Source: Waterburya sp. (GTDB taxonomy: Bacteria > Cyanobacteriota > Cyanobacteriia > Cyanobacteriales > Xenococcaceae). Taken from it: a DNA stretch of 64,000 nt. This document shows, piece by piece, positions 33,484 through 44,423 of this stretch; position 1 is the stretch's first letter, and each line of letters starts with the position of its first letter. The notes beneath the pieces are model-generated. The model was not told the DNA's origin, ran no database searches, and saw nothing but the letters and a program-made list of their open reading frames with translations. The stretch covers positions 3,776,001 to 3,840,000 of the forward strand of contig CBDCJV010000002.1 in NCBI GenBank assembly GCA_965217895.1, given 5' to 3'. The translations under genes and the position numbers were made by a program.

Positions 33484-35640
33484 ATGGCTGAATCAATTCG
33501 CATTTTGATGTGTGCTCCCGATCACTACGACGTAGACTACGTAATTAATCCCTGGATGGAAGGAAATATTCATAAATCCTCACAAGAGCGAGCCACAGAA
33601 CAGTGGTCTAAACTAAATTTTGTCCTCAATGATTTGGCAGAAGTAGATTTAGTTCAGGGACAACCAGGAGTTCCTGACATGGTGTTTACCGCCAATGCAG
33701 GTTTAGTATTGGGAGATAATGTGGTTCTCAGTCGCTTCTTTCATCCCGAACGTCAAGGAGAAGAACCTTATTTTAAAAAATGGTTTGAGGACAATGGTTT
33801 TAATGTTTTTGAGTTACCTAAAGACTTACCTTTTGAAGGTGCTGGAGATGCCCTATTAGACCGTGAAGGGCGTTGGTTATGGGCTGGCTATGGTTTTCGT
33901 TCAGAACTAGATTCTCATCCTTATATCGCTAAATGGTTAGACATTGAGGTATTGTCGCTGCGTCTAATTGACGATCGCTTTTATCATTTGGATACTTGTT
34001 TTTGTCCTCTCTCAGGAGGCTATTTACTTTACTACCCTGGGGCATTTGATTCCTATTCTAATCACCTGATTGAAGATCGTGTCCCAGTTGAAAAGCGAAT
34101 TGCGATCGCTGAAGCTGATGCGATTAATTTTGCCTGCAATACAGTTAACGTCGAAAATACGGTAGTGATGAACAAGGCTAGCGATAGTCTTAAACAAAGT
34201 TTGGGCGATGCGGGTTTTAGCGTCATTGAAACCCCTCTAACAGAGTTCCTCAAGGCTGGTGGTGCAGCAAAATGTTTAACCCTCAGAATTAATGAGCCTG
34301 TATTACCAAACGTCCATGGTAGTAGCCCTGTAGAGAGCAGAGTACTGCACATGGAAGGGCATCTTTTGGATGCAGGAATTATGAACCGTTCTCTCGATCT
34401 TGTAGTCGATAACGGCGGTAGTTTTAAAGTACTTAATTTCAATTTAGGTGTAGAAAGACAAAGCACCTCAAATGCGGATGTCCGCATTTCTGCCCCTGAC
34501 CATAAGATTATGGAAAAAATCATGAGTCAGCTAATTGAAGTTGGGGCAGTTGTTGCCGATCATGATGGCAAGAATGCAGTCACCGAAGCCTGTGACATGG
34601 CAGGAGTTGCTCCTGATGATTTTTATGTCTCTAACATCTATCCCACCGAGGTTAGAATTGAAGATCGCTGGATCAGAGTGCAAAAGCAACGCATGGACGG
34701 GGCAATTGTCATCGGCGATGCGACCCCGCGTCGCCGTCAGGCGCAAGGGAACGCGCATCAAGACAGCGATGATTCTGGAAGTGTAACTGCTCAGTGTAAG
34801 ATATTACGTGATTTAGAGCAAGGCGATCGCGTGGTTGTGGGCGTAGAAGGTATTCGTACCGTCCGTAAAAAGTCTAATCGAGAACTAAAAGCCAAAGAAG
34901 AATTTAGCTTTATGGGTGCAGGGGTATCCAGTGAAAGAAGAGTAGAACTAGTAGTCGAACAAATTGCTTGGGAACTACGGCAGATTCGCGATCGCGGTGG
35001 CAAAGTTGTTGTTACCGCAGGCCCTGTGGTGATCCATACAGGAGGAGCAAAACATCTTTCTAGCTTGGTACGAGATGGTTATGTTCAAGGCTTGTTAGGG
35101 GGAAATGCGATCGCCGTTCATGACATCGAACAGTCGCTGATGGGAACTTCTTTGGGGGTAGATATGCAAAAAGGTACTCCCGTCCACGGCGGACATCGCC
35201 ACCATCTCAAAGTAATTAACTCAGTACGCCGTTACGGTAGCATCGCCAAAGCAGTAGAAGAAGGGGTGATTACCAAAGGCATTATGTATGAATGCGTTAA
35301 ACATAATATACCCTTTGCCCTAGCTGGTTCAATTCGCGATGATGGTCCTTTACCCGATACCCAAATGGATTTAATTAAGGCACAAGAAGAATATGCCAAG
35401 CTCTTAGAAGGTACAGATATGATCTTGATGCTTTCTACTATGCTGCATTCTATCGGCGTGGGCAATATGACACCTGCGGGAGTGAAAATGGTTTGTGTGG
35501 ATATTAATCCTGCTGTAGTTACCAAATTAAGCGATCGCGGTTCAGTAGAATCGGTTGGTGTAGTAACAGATGTCGGTCTATTCCTCAGTTTATTGGTAAA
35601 TCAATTAAACAAGTTAACTAGCCCTTATCAAACTGTTTAA
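33484..35640 (+). CDS. argZ: Arginine dihydrolase ArgZ/AgrE (amidinotransferase + LOR/SDH-like) with an in-frame 17-aa repeat insertion
   Basis: YVINPWM, PDMVFTAN, FEGAGD, YHLDT, GGAAKCL; GPVVIHTG, GSIRDDGPLP. Confidence 0.93.
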   Translation: MAESIRILMCAPDHYDVDYVINPWMEGNIHKSSQERATEQWSKLNFVLNDLAEVDLVQGQPGVPDMVFTANAGLVLGDNVVLSRFFHPERQGEEPYFKKWFEDNGFNVFELPKDLPFEGAGDALLDREGRWLWAGYGFRSELDSHPYIAKWLDIEVLSLRLIDDRFYHLDTCFCPLSGGYLLYYPGAFDSYSNHLIEDRVPVEKRIAIAEADAINFACNTVNVENTVVMNKASDSLKQSLGDAGFSVIETPLTEFLKAGGAAKCLTLRINEPVLPNVHGSSPVESRVLHMEGHLLDAGIMNRSLDLVVDNGGSFKVLNFNLGVERQSTSNADVRISAPDHKIMEKIMSQLIEVGAVVADHDGKNAVTEACDMAGVAPDDFYVSNIYPTEVRIEDRWIRVQKQRMDGAIVIGDATPRRRQAQGNAHQDSDDSGSVTAQCKILRDLEQGDRVVVGVEGIRTVRKKSNRELKAKEEFSFMGAGVSSERRVELVVEQIAWELRQIRDRGGKVVVTAGPVVIHTGGAKHLSSLVRDGYVQGLLGGNAIAVHDIEQSLMGTSLGVDMQKGTPVHGGHRHHLKVINSVRRYGSIAKAVEEGVITKGIMYECVKHNIPFALAGSIRDDGPLPDTQMDLIKAQEEYAKLLEGTDMILMLSTMLHSIGVGNMTPAGVKMVCVDINPAVVTKLSDRGSVESVGVVTDVGLFLSLLVNQLNKLTSPYQTV
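34715..34765 (+). mobile_element. 51-nt small hairpin element (family A) inserted in frame in argZ
   Basis: GCGATGCGACCCCGCGTCGCCGTCAGGCGCAAGGGAACGCGCATCAAGACA; near-identical to parts of 43560-43668. Confidence 0.85.
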
Positions 35641-35766
35641 AATCGCTTTGCGGTTAGCTATAAGCTGTAAGCCTTAAGCTATAAGCTTGGGGCTAGAGAA
35701 AACAAACTATGCGCTTTTTGGCTTATAGCTACCTCCACCGACTAATATTCTCAGCCCGACTTGAGA

Positions 35767-36585
35767 TTATTTAGAACGGTTTAAAACACACTCTACCAAG
35801 GGTTTGAACGTGGGGACTAGTTCCCTACGGGATAGCCCTAAACTAGGGATAGAAACTTTGCCATAGTTCTGACCAGCCTGAAGCGGAAAGATGGAACTAT
35901 CTCCCAAAAATACAAAATCTCCCCCAGCAGCTTTGATAATTGTCCACACCGCAGCAATATCCCAAATTTTCGGGGTGGCTTCTACTCCGCCAATTGCCAC
36001 CCCCGAAGCAACTAAAAGCAAGTTATAGCTTGCCACACCGAGCATTCTAATTTTGCAGGGAAAAGGATTTTTAAAAATAGCTTTACTACGAGCGCAAAGA
36101 TTAAATAGCTGGCTGCCACTAGGGTCATCAGTGCGAGTATATATCGGCTGATTATTTAAGTATGCACCTGTATAACCAGTTAATCCTGAATCACCATACC
36201 AATAGCCATGAAACGTTTGTTTTAGAGGTGGTACATAAACAAAGCCAAATACAGGGTTTCCTCGATAAAATAGTCCCAAAGAAATTGCCCAAATAGGCAA
36301 ACCGCGAGTAAAGTTAGTTGTGCCGTCAATTGGGTCAACTATCCAGCACCAGTCGTTTTCAGGGAATATGTGCATGGTTTCTTCAGTCAAAACTCCATGT
36401 TCGGGAAAGGTTTCGGCGATCGCATCTCTAATTTGCTGATCTGACCACTGATCGGCTTGGGTAACTAGACTACCATCTTCCTTTTGACTTGCCTGGATTT
36501 TACCAAAATCTTTCATCAGGCGATCGCCAATTGTGGCAGTAGTTTGAACACAAAAGTCAAGAACTCGATCCCAAAATTCATTCAT
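35767..36585 (-). CDS. Inositol monophosphatase family protein
   Basis: VTQAD, EE, WIVDPIDGTTNF, WDIAA. Confidence 0.93.
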   Translation of the reverse strand: MNEFWDRVLDFCVQTTATIGDRLMKDFGKIQASQKEDGSLVTQADQWSDQQIRDAIAETFPEHGVLTEETMHIFPENDWCWIVDPIDGTTNFTRGLPIWAISLGLFYRGNPVFGFVYVPPLKQTFHGYWYGDSGLTGYTGAYLNNQPIYTRTDDPSGSQLFNLCARSKAIFKNPFPCKIRMLGVASYNLLLVASGVAIGGVEATPKIWDIAAVWTIIKAAGGDFVFLGDSSIFPLQAGQNYGKVSIPSLGLSRRELVPTFKPLVECVLNRSK

Positions 36586-36785
36586 TAGCTATTGTTGATG
36601 ATTAACTTATTAATTGTCTATTGTTTATTGTTTTAAGGCAATTGAGTAATTGATATTGAACGAGTTACAGGAGTTCACGGTAATCAAATGGGTTAAGCAA
36701 GCATCTTCTCACAGACGAGAAGAGAACTACCTCATCCCAGAAACCTTTCAGGTTGATGAATTACAAACGTTTGTTGGCTCAAAAA

Positions 36786-36822
36786 GCGGCGAGATCCCCT
36801 AAAGGGAATGCTCGCCAAGACA
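36786..36822 (+). mobile_element. 37-nt minimal family-A hairpin element in the IS1 A-run
   Basis: GC-GGCGAG-ATCCCCTAAAGGGAATG-CTCGCC-AAGACA. Confidence 0.8.
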
Positions 36823-36895
36823 AAACAAGATTTGGGTTTGGATAGCAGTAAATTCACATCAATCGAGAGTCTTAAAATGGGTAGTTGGCGATCGC

Positions 36896-36961
36896 GAAGC
36901 TAGAGCGGGCGGAAACGGCGAACTTGTTTCGCCATGTTCCACGACCGCTAGAAGGCATCGC
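36896..36961. mobile_element. 66-nt hairpin insertion at a HIP1 site within IS1
   Basis: Flanked by ATCGC direct repeat (36891-36895, 36957-36961); removal restores GDRPQETFGNLW. Confidence 0.75.
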
Positions 36962-37274
36962 CCTCAAGAGACTTTTGGTAATTTGTGGTGGGTTGTCCGA
37001 GGTTGGTGTTGCCTTCTCTAGATTACGGATGGCTATGCCGTGTATTCTTGTTTGATCGATGATGGCGATCATTTGGTTAGCAAAACAGCAATGACCAAAG
37101 TTGAGGGAGAAAATTCACGTTTACGTCATTACTAAGCTTGCCTACACCGTCAAACATTTTGTTATTCAAATATCGATTGAGATGCTCGAAGCTTCGATTT
37201 GACTTCTAACCTATTATCTTAAACATTGGACTATACCTATTTTTTAATCGATCATCTATTCATTGTGCAACGCC

Positions 37275-37309
37275 TGGATGAACCAGCCCGACATGGACTG
37301 GTTCATCCA
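37275..37309. terminator. Hairpin downstream of katG
   Basis: TGGATGAACCAG/CTGGTTCATCCA 12-bp stem. Confidence 0.65.
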
Positions 37310-37325
37310 ATACAACAATCGCAGG

Positions 37326-39617
37326 TTAATCGCGAACGTCAAAGCGATCAAGCATCATCACCTTATTCCAGGCCGCGACGAAGTCCTTGACCATACGCTC
37401 GTGACCGTCATCAGCACCGTAAACTTCAGCAACCTGACGAAGCTCCGCGTTCGAGCCGAAAATAAGATCGCAGCGTGTTGCGGTGAACTTTGTTTCGCCC
37501 GTTTTGCGATCGCAGATGTCAAAGAGCATCTCGCGATTATCGACTGGCTTCCACTCGTAATCCATACTGGTCAGGACGCGGAAAAAGTCGTTGGTCAAGA
37601 CGCCAGGTCTGTCAGTAAAAATACCATGCTTTGAACGATCCCAATTTTGATCGAGGGCGCGAAGTCCGCCGACAAGAACCGTCCACTCGGGCGCACTCAG
37701 CGTCAGAAGCTGCGCGCGATCGAGGAAGATACGCTCTGCCTTCACCTTATAGCCAACCGCCTCATTGTGATAATTTCTAAAACCGTCCGAGACTGGCTTT
37801 AGCCATTCAAAGCTTTCAACATCTGTTAGCTCCTGAGTCGTATCCATCCGACCTGGAGTGAAGGGGACGGCAACGGAAAGCCCAGCGTCTTGCGCGGCCT
37901 TCTCGATTGCAGCACAACCGCCGAGGACAATCAGATCCGCCATTGAGATTTTGTTGGCTGGTCGAGCGCTGTTAAAGTCCGCCTGAATTTGCTCAAGGGT
38001 CGATAGAACTTCACCAAGCTCCTGCGGGCGGTTCATCTCCCAGTCTTTCTGAGGATCTAAGCGAAGGCGCGCGCCATTTGCGCCGCCGCGCTTGTCGGAG
38101 TCGCGGTAATTAGATGCCGATGCCCAGGCGGCTGACACGAGTGCCGAAACGGAAGGCCCACTTGCCAAAATCTTGTCCTTAAGAAACTTGATATCGGCAT
38201 CGTCAACAACATCATGATCGAGTGCGGGAATCGGATCCTGCCAGAGTAAATCTTCTTCTGCAACTTCTGGACCAAGGTAGCGCGTTTTTGGTCCCATGTC
38301 TCGATGGGTTAGCTTGTACCAAGCGCGAGAGAAGGCATCTCCAAAGTAATCAAAGTCATTTAAAAAACGCTGACAGACCTCGTTATAGGCAGAATCAACC
38401 TTTAACGCAATGTCCGAAGTCATCATCATTAAGGCGTGTTCAACGTCTGGTTTGTGAGCGTCTGGTGTCTTCGGCGCATCAGGATTGCTCGGTGTCCACT
38501 GAATTGCACCTGATGGGCTTTTTGTCTGTTTCCAGTCGTACTTAAATAGGTTTATCAGATAATTATTGTCCCACTGGATTGGATTTGGCGTCCACGATCC
38601 TTCAATCCCGTTCGTCATCGTATATTCGGCAAATCCAGTGCCTTCAGGGTTCTGCCACCCTAGACCCATCGCCTGAATCGGCGCACCTTCGGGTGCTGGG
38701 CCGATCTTGTCCGACGAGACCATGCCGTGACTTTTGCCAAAGGCATGACCGCCTGCGATTAACGCCACCGTTTCCTCGTCATTCATAGCCATCCGCGCAA
38801 ACGTCTCGCGAATATCTCGCGCCGAACCATGAGGATCACCTTCGCCGTTTGGTCCTTCTGGATTGACATAAATGAGCGCCTGGTGAGAGGCCGCTAGCGG
38901 ATTTTCGAGGTCGTAGTATTCTTCGTCTGGCTTACCAACCCACCGAATCTCGCGAGTGACCATCTCATCGGGATGACCAGACAGTTCATTAGGGTCTTTC
39001 TTAACCTCATTAATCGGCTCGCCGTTCCAGAACTCGGATCCCCAGTAGGTAGCGCGATCCGCCTCCCAAGCATCAATGCGACCGCCGCCAAAGCCGAAGG
39101 TCTTCAAACCCATGATTTCGAGTGCGCAGTTGCCGGTTAGAACCATTAAATCAGCCCAGCTCAATGCCGCGCCGTATTTCTGCTTAATTGGCCAGAGCAG
39201 CCGTCGTGATTTGTCGGTGTTCCCGTTATCCCACCAGGAATTGATGGGTGCGAAGCGTTGCATACCCTTACCTGCTCCGCCACGACCGTCTGCGATTCGG
39301 TAGGTGCCGGCGGCGTGCCACGCCATGCGAACCATCTGCGGTCCATAGTTACCATAGTCTGCTGGCCACCAGTCCTTAGAATCAGTTAGCAGCACCTTAA
39401 TGTCGCTCTTTAGCTGTTTGAAGTCAATCTTCTTGAAGGCTTCCCTGGCATCGAAATTCTGCAGCGGATTTGCCTGGGGCGAATTTTGGTGCAGCAGCTC
39501 GACCTGAAGTCGGTTTGGCCACCAATCATCGGTTTGCGGCTTAGAGCCGAGCGCACCGCCAATGCGGGTTCCACGGAAAGGGCATTGTGCTGGAGCGGTA
39601 GGAGGGTTGTTATTCAT
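37326..39617 (-). CDS. katG: Catalase-peroxidase, GC-rich, probably acquired horizontally
   Basis: [48 protein letters not shown]. Confidence 0.97.
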   Translation of the reverse strand: MNNNPPTAPAQCPFRGTRIGGALGSKPQTDDWWPNRLQVELLHQNSPQANPLQNFDAREAFKKIDFKQLKSDIKVLLTDSKDWWPADYGNYGPQMVRMAWHAAGTYRIADGRGGAGKGMQRFAPINSWWDNGNTDKSRRLLWPIKQKYGAALSWADLMVLTGNCALEIMGLKTFGFGGGRIDAWEADRATYWGSEFWNGEPINEVKKDPNELSGHPDEMVTREIRWVGKPDEEYYDLENPLAASHQALIYVNPEGPNGEGDPHGSARDIRETFARMAMNDEETVALIAGGHAFGKSHGMVSSDKIGPAPEGAPIQAMGLGWQNPEGTGFAEYTMTNGIEGSWTPNPIQWDNNYLINLFKYDWKQTKSPSGAIQWTPSNPDAPKTPDAHKPDVEHALMMMTSDIALKVDSAYNEVCQRFLNDFDYFGDAFSRAWYKLTHRDMGPKTRYLGPEVAEEDLLWQDPIPALDHDVVDDADIKFLKDKILASGPSVSALVSAAWASASNYRDSDKRGGANGARLRLDPQKDWEMNRPQELGEVLSTLEQIQADFNSARPANKISMADLIVLGGCAAIEKAAQDAGLSVAVPFTPGRMDTTQELTDVESFEWLKPVSDGFRNYHNEAVGYKVKAERIFLDRAQLLTLSAPEWTVLVGGLRALDQNWDRSKHGIFTDRPGVLTNDFFRVLTSMDYEWKPVDNREMLFDICDRKTGETKFTATRCDLIFGSNAELRQVAEVYGADDGHERMVKDFVAAWNKVMMLDRFDVRD

Positions 39618-40208
39618 TAATCCAATTCTTTTAGATAGTTTTCGTTAGTCAAACTGCGTTGAACATCGTCGCAAACGGCGGTTTGAACGGCGAGTGACTT
39701 CATAACTAGAGTCTTAGCGATCGCTAGATCTGCTGCTCCTTTCTAAGGGAGCATTTTTAGAGCATATCTATCATCTGCGGTTCGTCGTGAGAACGACTCT
39801 TGGGAGTAATTTAAACTGGAAGCAACTTAATCCCACAGTACATTATAGTTGTTGTAGGGGTGGTCTAATTAGAGATCGCACTTTAAAGCGATCGCCTAGG
39901 CTAAAGCTTGTGTCACATCAGTTATCATTATAAAAGATGTCTTCGACTTGGTGTAAAAGTGACCGTTTTCAGGTAACAGTAGCATGACAGATGAGGGTCT
40001 AATTCATCTTAGGGTAACACTTTTGATGTAATTAGACGTTCAGTGATTCTCTGAAGGAGAGCAGATGCCAACGCATAGGCTAAAGCTAGTCGTAAGCCTC
40101 CTTGAGTAATCGCTCCCTTGCGATGTAATTTGTATTTTGACAGTTTGCTCAGAAGAACAATTGGGACAGATTGGCATTAGCAAAACTTTAATAATACAAG
40201 ATTTCATT

Positions 40209-42173
40209 TTAAATCATTACATCTTCAGGCACTACCAATTTCTTGTATCTAGCTAGTGCCTGAAGAGGAAAGTATTGTTGATAGAGATGATATTTCAAAT
40301 AAAAGTGGCAGGGAAAACCAGTACCTGTAAACTGCTCCTCATCCCAAGTGCCATCTGAGCCTTGTGTTTGCAGCAGATATGCTATCCCTTGAGCAATGGC
40401 TGGCTGTGCTGTAAACTGGGTTGCTTCTGCTGCTGCTATTAAACCAATTAATGCCCAGGCTGTTTGCGAAGCGGTACTAATTCCTGTGCCTTTCAAACTT
40501 GGATCATCATAGCTTGCACAGGTTTCACCCCATCCACCGTCGGCATTTTGACAGCTAGCTAACCAGGCTGCGCCTTTTTGAATCTGAAACTTACAGCGTG
40601 TGGATGCAATAAGACTCAGGGCAGATAAGACCCCGCTTGTACCGTAGATATAGTTAACTCCCCAACGTCCAAACCAGCTACCGTCGGCTTCTTGTTCTTG
40701 AATTAAATATGAGATCGCCTTTTGAACTCTTCCCTCATTCATTGATAGACTGCATTCTCCCAGCATTTCTAATACCCTAGCCGTAACGTCAGCAGTATTA
40801 GGATCGATCATGGCTTTTAAGTCGCCATAGGGAATCAGATTAATCCAATCTTGGTCGTTATCGAGATCGAAAGCTGCCCAGCCTCCAGGCTGACACTGCA
40901 TAGTTGCCATCCAGTTAAGACAACGGGCGATCGCTTTTTGTTTTTGTGCTTCATTAGTAAGCTTGACTTGAGATAAGCCCATGACCACCACAGCCGAGTC
41001 GTCTAGATCGGGATAAAAGCGATTATCAAATTCAAAAGCCCAGCCACCAGGAGTTATATCTTTATTTTTTACTGCCCAGTCGCCATAATCTAAAATTTGC
41101 TTGTCTAGTAACCATTCTCCTGCCTTGACTAAAGCTGGATGGTCGGGGGCAACTCCTGACTCTACCAAAGCTCGTAAACACCAGGCAGTGTCCCACACAG
41201 GAGAAATACAGGGCTGAAGACGATAACTGTTTTCCGTTTCTATGGCAAAATTATCAACGGCGGTCAAACCTCGCTGAATAACTGGGTCGTTGACATCATA
41301 ATTTAGAGTGCGTAAAGCTAAAAGAGAGTTAAGCATGGCGGGAATAATTCCGCCCCAGTCGCCAGTCGCCTCTTGTCTGGCTAAGATCCATTTTTCCGCA
41401 GCAGCAATTCCTTCTTCGCGCCAAGGTACTAAATTTAAATTCTCAGCCAGTTTAAAAGCATTATCTAAAGTTAAGAATATATCCGTCCAGTCGTTGCTGC
41501 GGGGTAATTCGTAACGCACATTAGCAATTCCCTCAGCGTATAGTTCATCTAAGTTAAGCGAATTATCCAGATTAAATATAGGCTGGCGATCAAAAACAAT
41601 TAACAAAGGTACGGTGCTACCCCTTGCCCAGCTAGACATTTCGTAGATTGTAAAAGGAGAATGCTCTGGCAGAAGCATAATCCAAGGAGGAATTGAAGGT
41701 AAACCTTGCCAGTCATAGCAACCAATCAAAGCTAGATGCAGCTTGGTAAAGATACGAGTTTGGCTAATGCCACCCTGCTGTAGAATAAATCCCTTGGCTT
41801 TGACTAAAGTGGGATCGGCTGCCGATACGCCCAATAAACGCAGTGCCATATATGCTTCTACCGAAGTAGAAAGATCGCCCCCATCGCCATAGTATAGTTC
41901 CCAACCACCATGTTTGCGCTGTTGCGATCGCAGGTAGGTCTCGGCTTTAGCTAGAGGTCTAGTTCGATCTGTCTGCCAAATCTTGTGCAGCAAGACGACT
42001 TCAGAGGTAATACTAACGTTAGACTCCAATTCTCCCCACCAATAACCCTCTGAATACTGAAGAGCAAGTAAATGCTCTTGACTACGAGCGATCGCCTGTT
42101 CTAACTTTGGCTTTGTTACCTGATTTTCTGCTGAGCCTACCATTTTACAACACCCTAAAACATTCTCCATCAT
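40209..42173 (-). CDS. shc: Squalene-hopene cyclase (start may be ATG 42143)
   Basis: SPVWDT, YPDLDDSA, QW repeats, GTGFP. Confidence 0.96.
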   Translation of the reverse strand: MMENVLGCCKMVGSAENQVTKPKLEQAIARSQEHLLALQYSEGYWWGELESNVSITSEVVLLHKIWQTDRTRPLAKAETYLRSQQRKHGGWELYYGDGGDLSTSVEAYMALRLLGVSAADPTLVKAKGFILQQGGISQTRIFTKLHLALIGCYDWQGLPSIPPWIMLLPEHSPFTIYEMSSWARGSTVPLLIVFDRQPIFNLDNSLNLDELYAEGIANVRYELPRSNDWTDIFLTLDNAFKLAENLNLVPWREEGIAAAEKWILARQEATGDWGGIIPAMLNSLLALRTLNYDVNDPVIQRGLTAVDNFAIETENSYRLQPCISPVWDTAWCLRALVESGVAPDHPALVKAGEWLLDKQILDYGDWAVKNKDITPGGWAFEFDNRFYPDLDDSAVVVMGLSQVKLTNEAQKQKAIARCLNWMATMQCQPGGWAAFDLDNDQDWINLIPYGDLKAMIDPNTADVTARVLEMLGECSLSMNEGRVQKAISYLIQEQEADGSWFGRWGVNYIYGTSGVLSALSLIASTRCKFQIQKGAAWLASCQNADGGWGETCASYDDPSLKGTGISTASQTAWALIGLIAAAEATQFTAQPAIAQGIAYLLQTQGSDGTWDEEQFTGTGFPCHFYLKYHLYQQYFPLQALARYKKLVVPEDVMI

Positions 42174-42354
42174 AGGATGAATAGACTATAGTTTTGAGCG
42201 TCTGGCGATCGCTAATAAAAGAAAAATTGATTTTTTGCTAAGCTGCATAATTTAAGTATCAGTATCAAACTGTACTAAAATTTTCAAACTGGAGTTGTAT
42301 TATGTTATTTAACACGATTTAATTTCGTTCTTTGGATGCGCCAAAGTCAGACTT

Positions 42355-43452
42355 ATGAACGCTTTTAATTTAACTGCTATAGGAGTTCCTCAAGTCAAGT
42401 CAGCTACACCAAACTATCCTCAGCTAGATAGTTTTTTAAATATCTTGCGCCTGTTAATTCGCGAACCTTCAGTTACTGGCTGCGAAGATTCTTTTTTCCG
42501 CGTACTTAGTCGAGAATTAGAAGAAATTGGGGTCAAAGTAGAATATTATCACGGTATTTTAGTGGCACAAGGTAACAAGCCTCACGATTTGATTCTCTCG
42601 GCACACATCGATCGCCACGGTTTATTATGTACTGGAGCTAATGAGTTTCAATATGCTGCTTTTATCGCCAGCAACCGCAGCGATTTAACAGGTGATTCTG
42701 TTTCCGAACAGATGATGCACACCATTGAAAACCGCTTTCAAGGACAGCAGGTACAGGCGCATTTACCCTATACAGGAACGTATTTAGGTCAGGGAACTAT
42801 CACCAATTCCTATATTTGCCCCGCTAGAAACAACCTTATTTTTGAGCTGGACGGCTTAGATTTTGTGCAGCCAGGTACGCCAGTATCTTTTCTTGATCGC
42901 CTTAAAATAGCCAATGGCTGTATTTCTGCTCAAATAGACAATGTAGTCAGTGCAGCTATGATTATCTACCTGTTTAGACAGGGTTTTCAAGGCACAGCAA
43001 TGTTTACGGCACAAGAAGAAGCAGGAAAAAGCTGGCGTTATGCTCTTTCTTGGTTTCAACGCCAACGGCTAACTACCCAGCGTTTAATAATTTTAGACAC
43101 CAGCCCCTATCCAACTCGCGAAGCAGCAGAGGCACAGCAGGTTACACTGCGTCATCAAGATGCCAGCGGTTTCTTTGCTACGGAAATAACTGCCGAATTA
43201 GCGCAAAGGTGCGAAGAAATGGGAATCTCTTATACTTACAAAGATGCTTACATTCAAGCTCAAAATAAAATAAATAATACATTCTATTCATTAGGTAGAA
43301 CTGAGTTAGGACGACTAGCCACCGCAACAGAAGGAAAGATCAACGGCACTACTCTGCAAATTCCTTCCACTGAATACCATACTCCCAACGAAACTGCTGC
43401 CCTGTCTTCTGTAGATGCGGTAATTAAGCTGTTGATGTCTTATATAGTCTAA
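42355..43452 (+). CDS. M42/M20-like metallopeptidase
   Basis: SAHIDRHG, QIDN, AQEEAG, ILD, YH. Confidence 0.8.
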   Translation: MNAFNLTAIGVPQVKSATPNYPQLDSFLNILRLLIREPSVTGCEDSFFRVLSRELEEIGVKVEYYHGILVAQGNKPHDLILSAHIDRHGLLCTGANEFQYAAFIASNRSDLTGDSVSEQMMHTIENRFQGQQVQAHLPYTGTYLGQGTITNSYICPARNNLIFELDGLDFVQPGTPVSFLDRLKIANGCISAQIDNVVSAAMIIYLFRQGFQGTAMFTAQEEAGKSWRYALSWFQRQRLTTQRLIILDTSPYPTREAAEAQQVTLRHQDASGFFATEITAELAQRCEEMGISYTYKDAYIQAQNKINNTFYSLGRTELGRLATATEGKINGTTLQIPSTEYHTPNETAALSSVDAVIKLLMSYIV

Positions 43453-43559
43453 GGAGATATAAGTTTAAGTTTTATTCAAGACAAAGCAGCAGTTTAAGTA
43501 GGTAGGTGAAATTAATTAGAAGATAGTCTTGGTAGAAAGTAAAAAGTAGGAAGTAAAAA

Positions 43560-43668
43560 GCGGTGCGACCCCCTAAAGGGTTCGACAGTTTGCTTATGCC
43601 GGGAAACCCGTCCACCGCAACTGTCTCACCGCGTCGCCGTTAGGCGCAAGGGAATGCGCACCAAGACA
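43560..43668 (+). mobile_element. 109-nt nested hairpin element (family A containing family B) in an STRR heptamer tract
   Basis: Removal restores AAGTAAA-AAGTAGG-AAGTAAA-AAGTAAA-AAGTAGG. Confidence 0.85.
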
Positions 43669-43979
43669 GTAAAAAGTAGGAAATAGCTGTAATACCCTTA
43701 CTGTAAGGATCTATCTCGGAAAGTGATAGGCGTTTAAACTCTATTGCCGTCAGCTTTTTGGTTTGTTTGTAGGTCACGTTCTTATTCGCGATCGCTTTTT
43801 AACCTACTTTTCTCATTTTCTGGCTATTCATGCAAGAGGTCTAATATAGATTCAAGCATTAATAATTATGATTTACGTAAGCGTGTGAATTAAAAATTCC
43901 TTTCAACTTTGCGCTGCTTGAGCGTTGGTCAATACAAAAAATTGGGGTTATCTTTTGTAAAAAACAATTAATTTAATCG

Positions 43980-44315
43980 ATGAGCATCAGTAGCTTAGAA
44001 TTTGAGTTCGATCTATTATGGTCAGAATTATTTCCCGATTTAGATTTGGAAACAGAAGTACGGCTAATTCCCAAGCGTCGCTTTAAGTTTGATTATGTTA
44101 ATTTCTCTGCCAAGGTAGCAATCGAAATTAATGGACAAATTTGGCATCAAGGCGGACACACTACAGGCAAAAGCCTGATGCGAGATTATGAAAAGCTCAA
44201 TTTAGCGCAGCAACAAGGTTATTGTGTATTTCAACTATCGAAGGAAATGATTACCGAAACTTGGCTAAAGGCGATCGCTGATACCATTCGCGATCGCCTT
44301 AGTCAGCCAGCTTGA
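43980..44315 (+). CDS. Small PD-(D/E)XK endonuclease-like protein (DUF559/Vsr-like)
   Basis: RRFKFDY...VAIEING..W..GGH...RDYEK.N.A...G. Confidence 0.75.
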   Translation: MSISSLEFEFDLLWSELFPDLDLETEVRLIPKRRFKFDYVNFSAKVAIEINGQIWHQGGHTTGKSLMRDYEKLNLAQQQGYCVFQLSKEMITETWLKAIADTIRDRLSQPA

Positions 44316-44423
44316 TATTTCTTAGCTAACTCTACTAAGCTATAGCAAAGAATGATAACTAGTAATTAATTACTGATTTTCATGGTAAAACAATAAAGTT
44401 CTCTGCAATGAAGTTTAACTGTC

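Larger units (their letters stand above)
36655..37274 (+). mobile_element. IS1-family transposase remnant, 5'-truncated, with stops and two small insertions
   Basis: IERVTGVH, QVDELQTFVGSKK, KIWVWIAVN, VVGDR, TDGYAVY, EGENSRLRH; terminal-like end ...ATTGTGCAACGCC. Confidence 0.88.

Noticed and set aside
37263..39355. Several short ORFs overlapping katG (and similar shadow ORFs in topA, argZ, sulP, GH57, dnaA, dnaN)
   Set aside because: Antisense or alternate-frame shadows of well-supported genes.
39640..39710. attC site upstream of katG
   Set aside because: The GTT and AAC boxes are in the wrong order for an attC fold.
44348..44368. Fur-box-like AATGATAACTAGTAAT upstream of bioB
   Set aside because: Only a partial match in AT-rich DNA.
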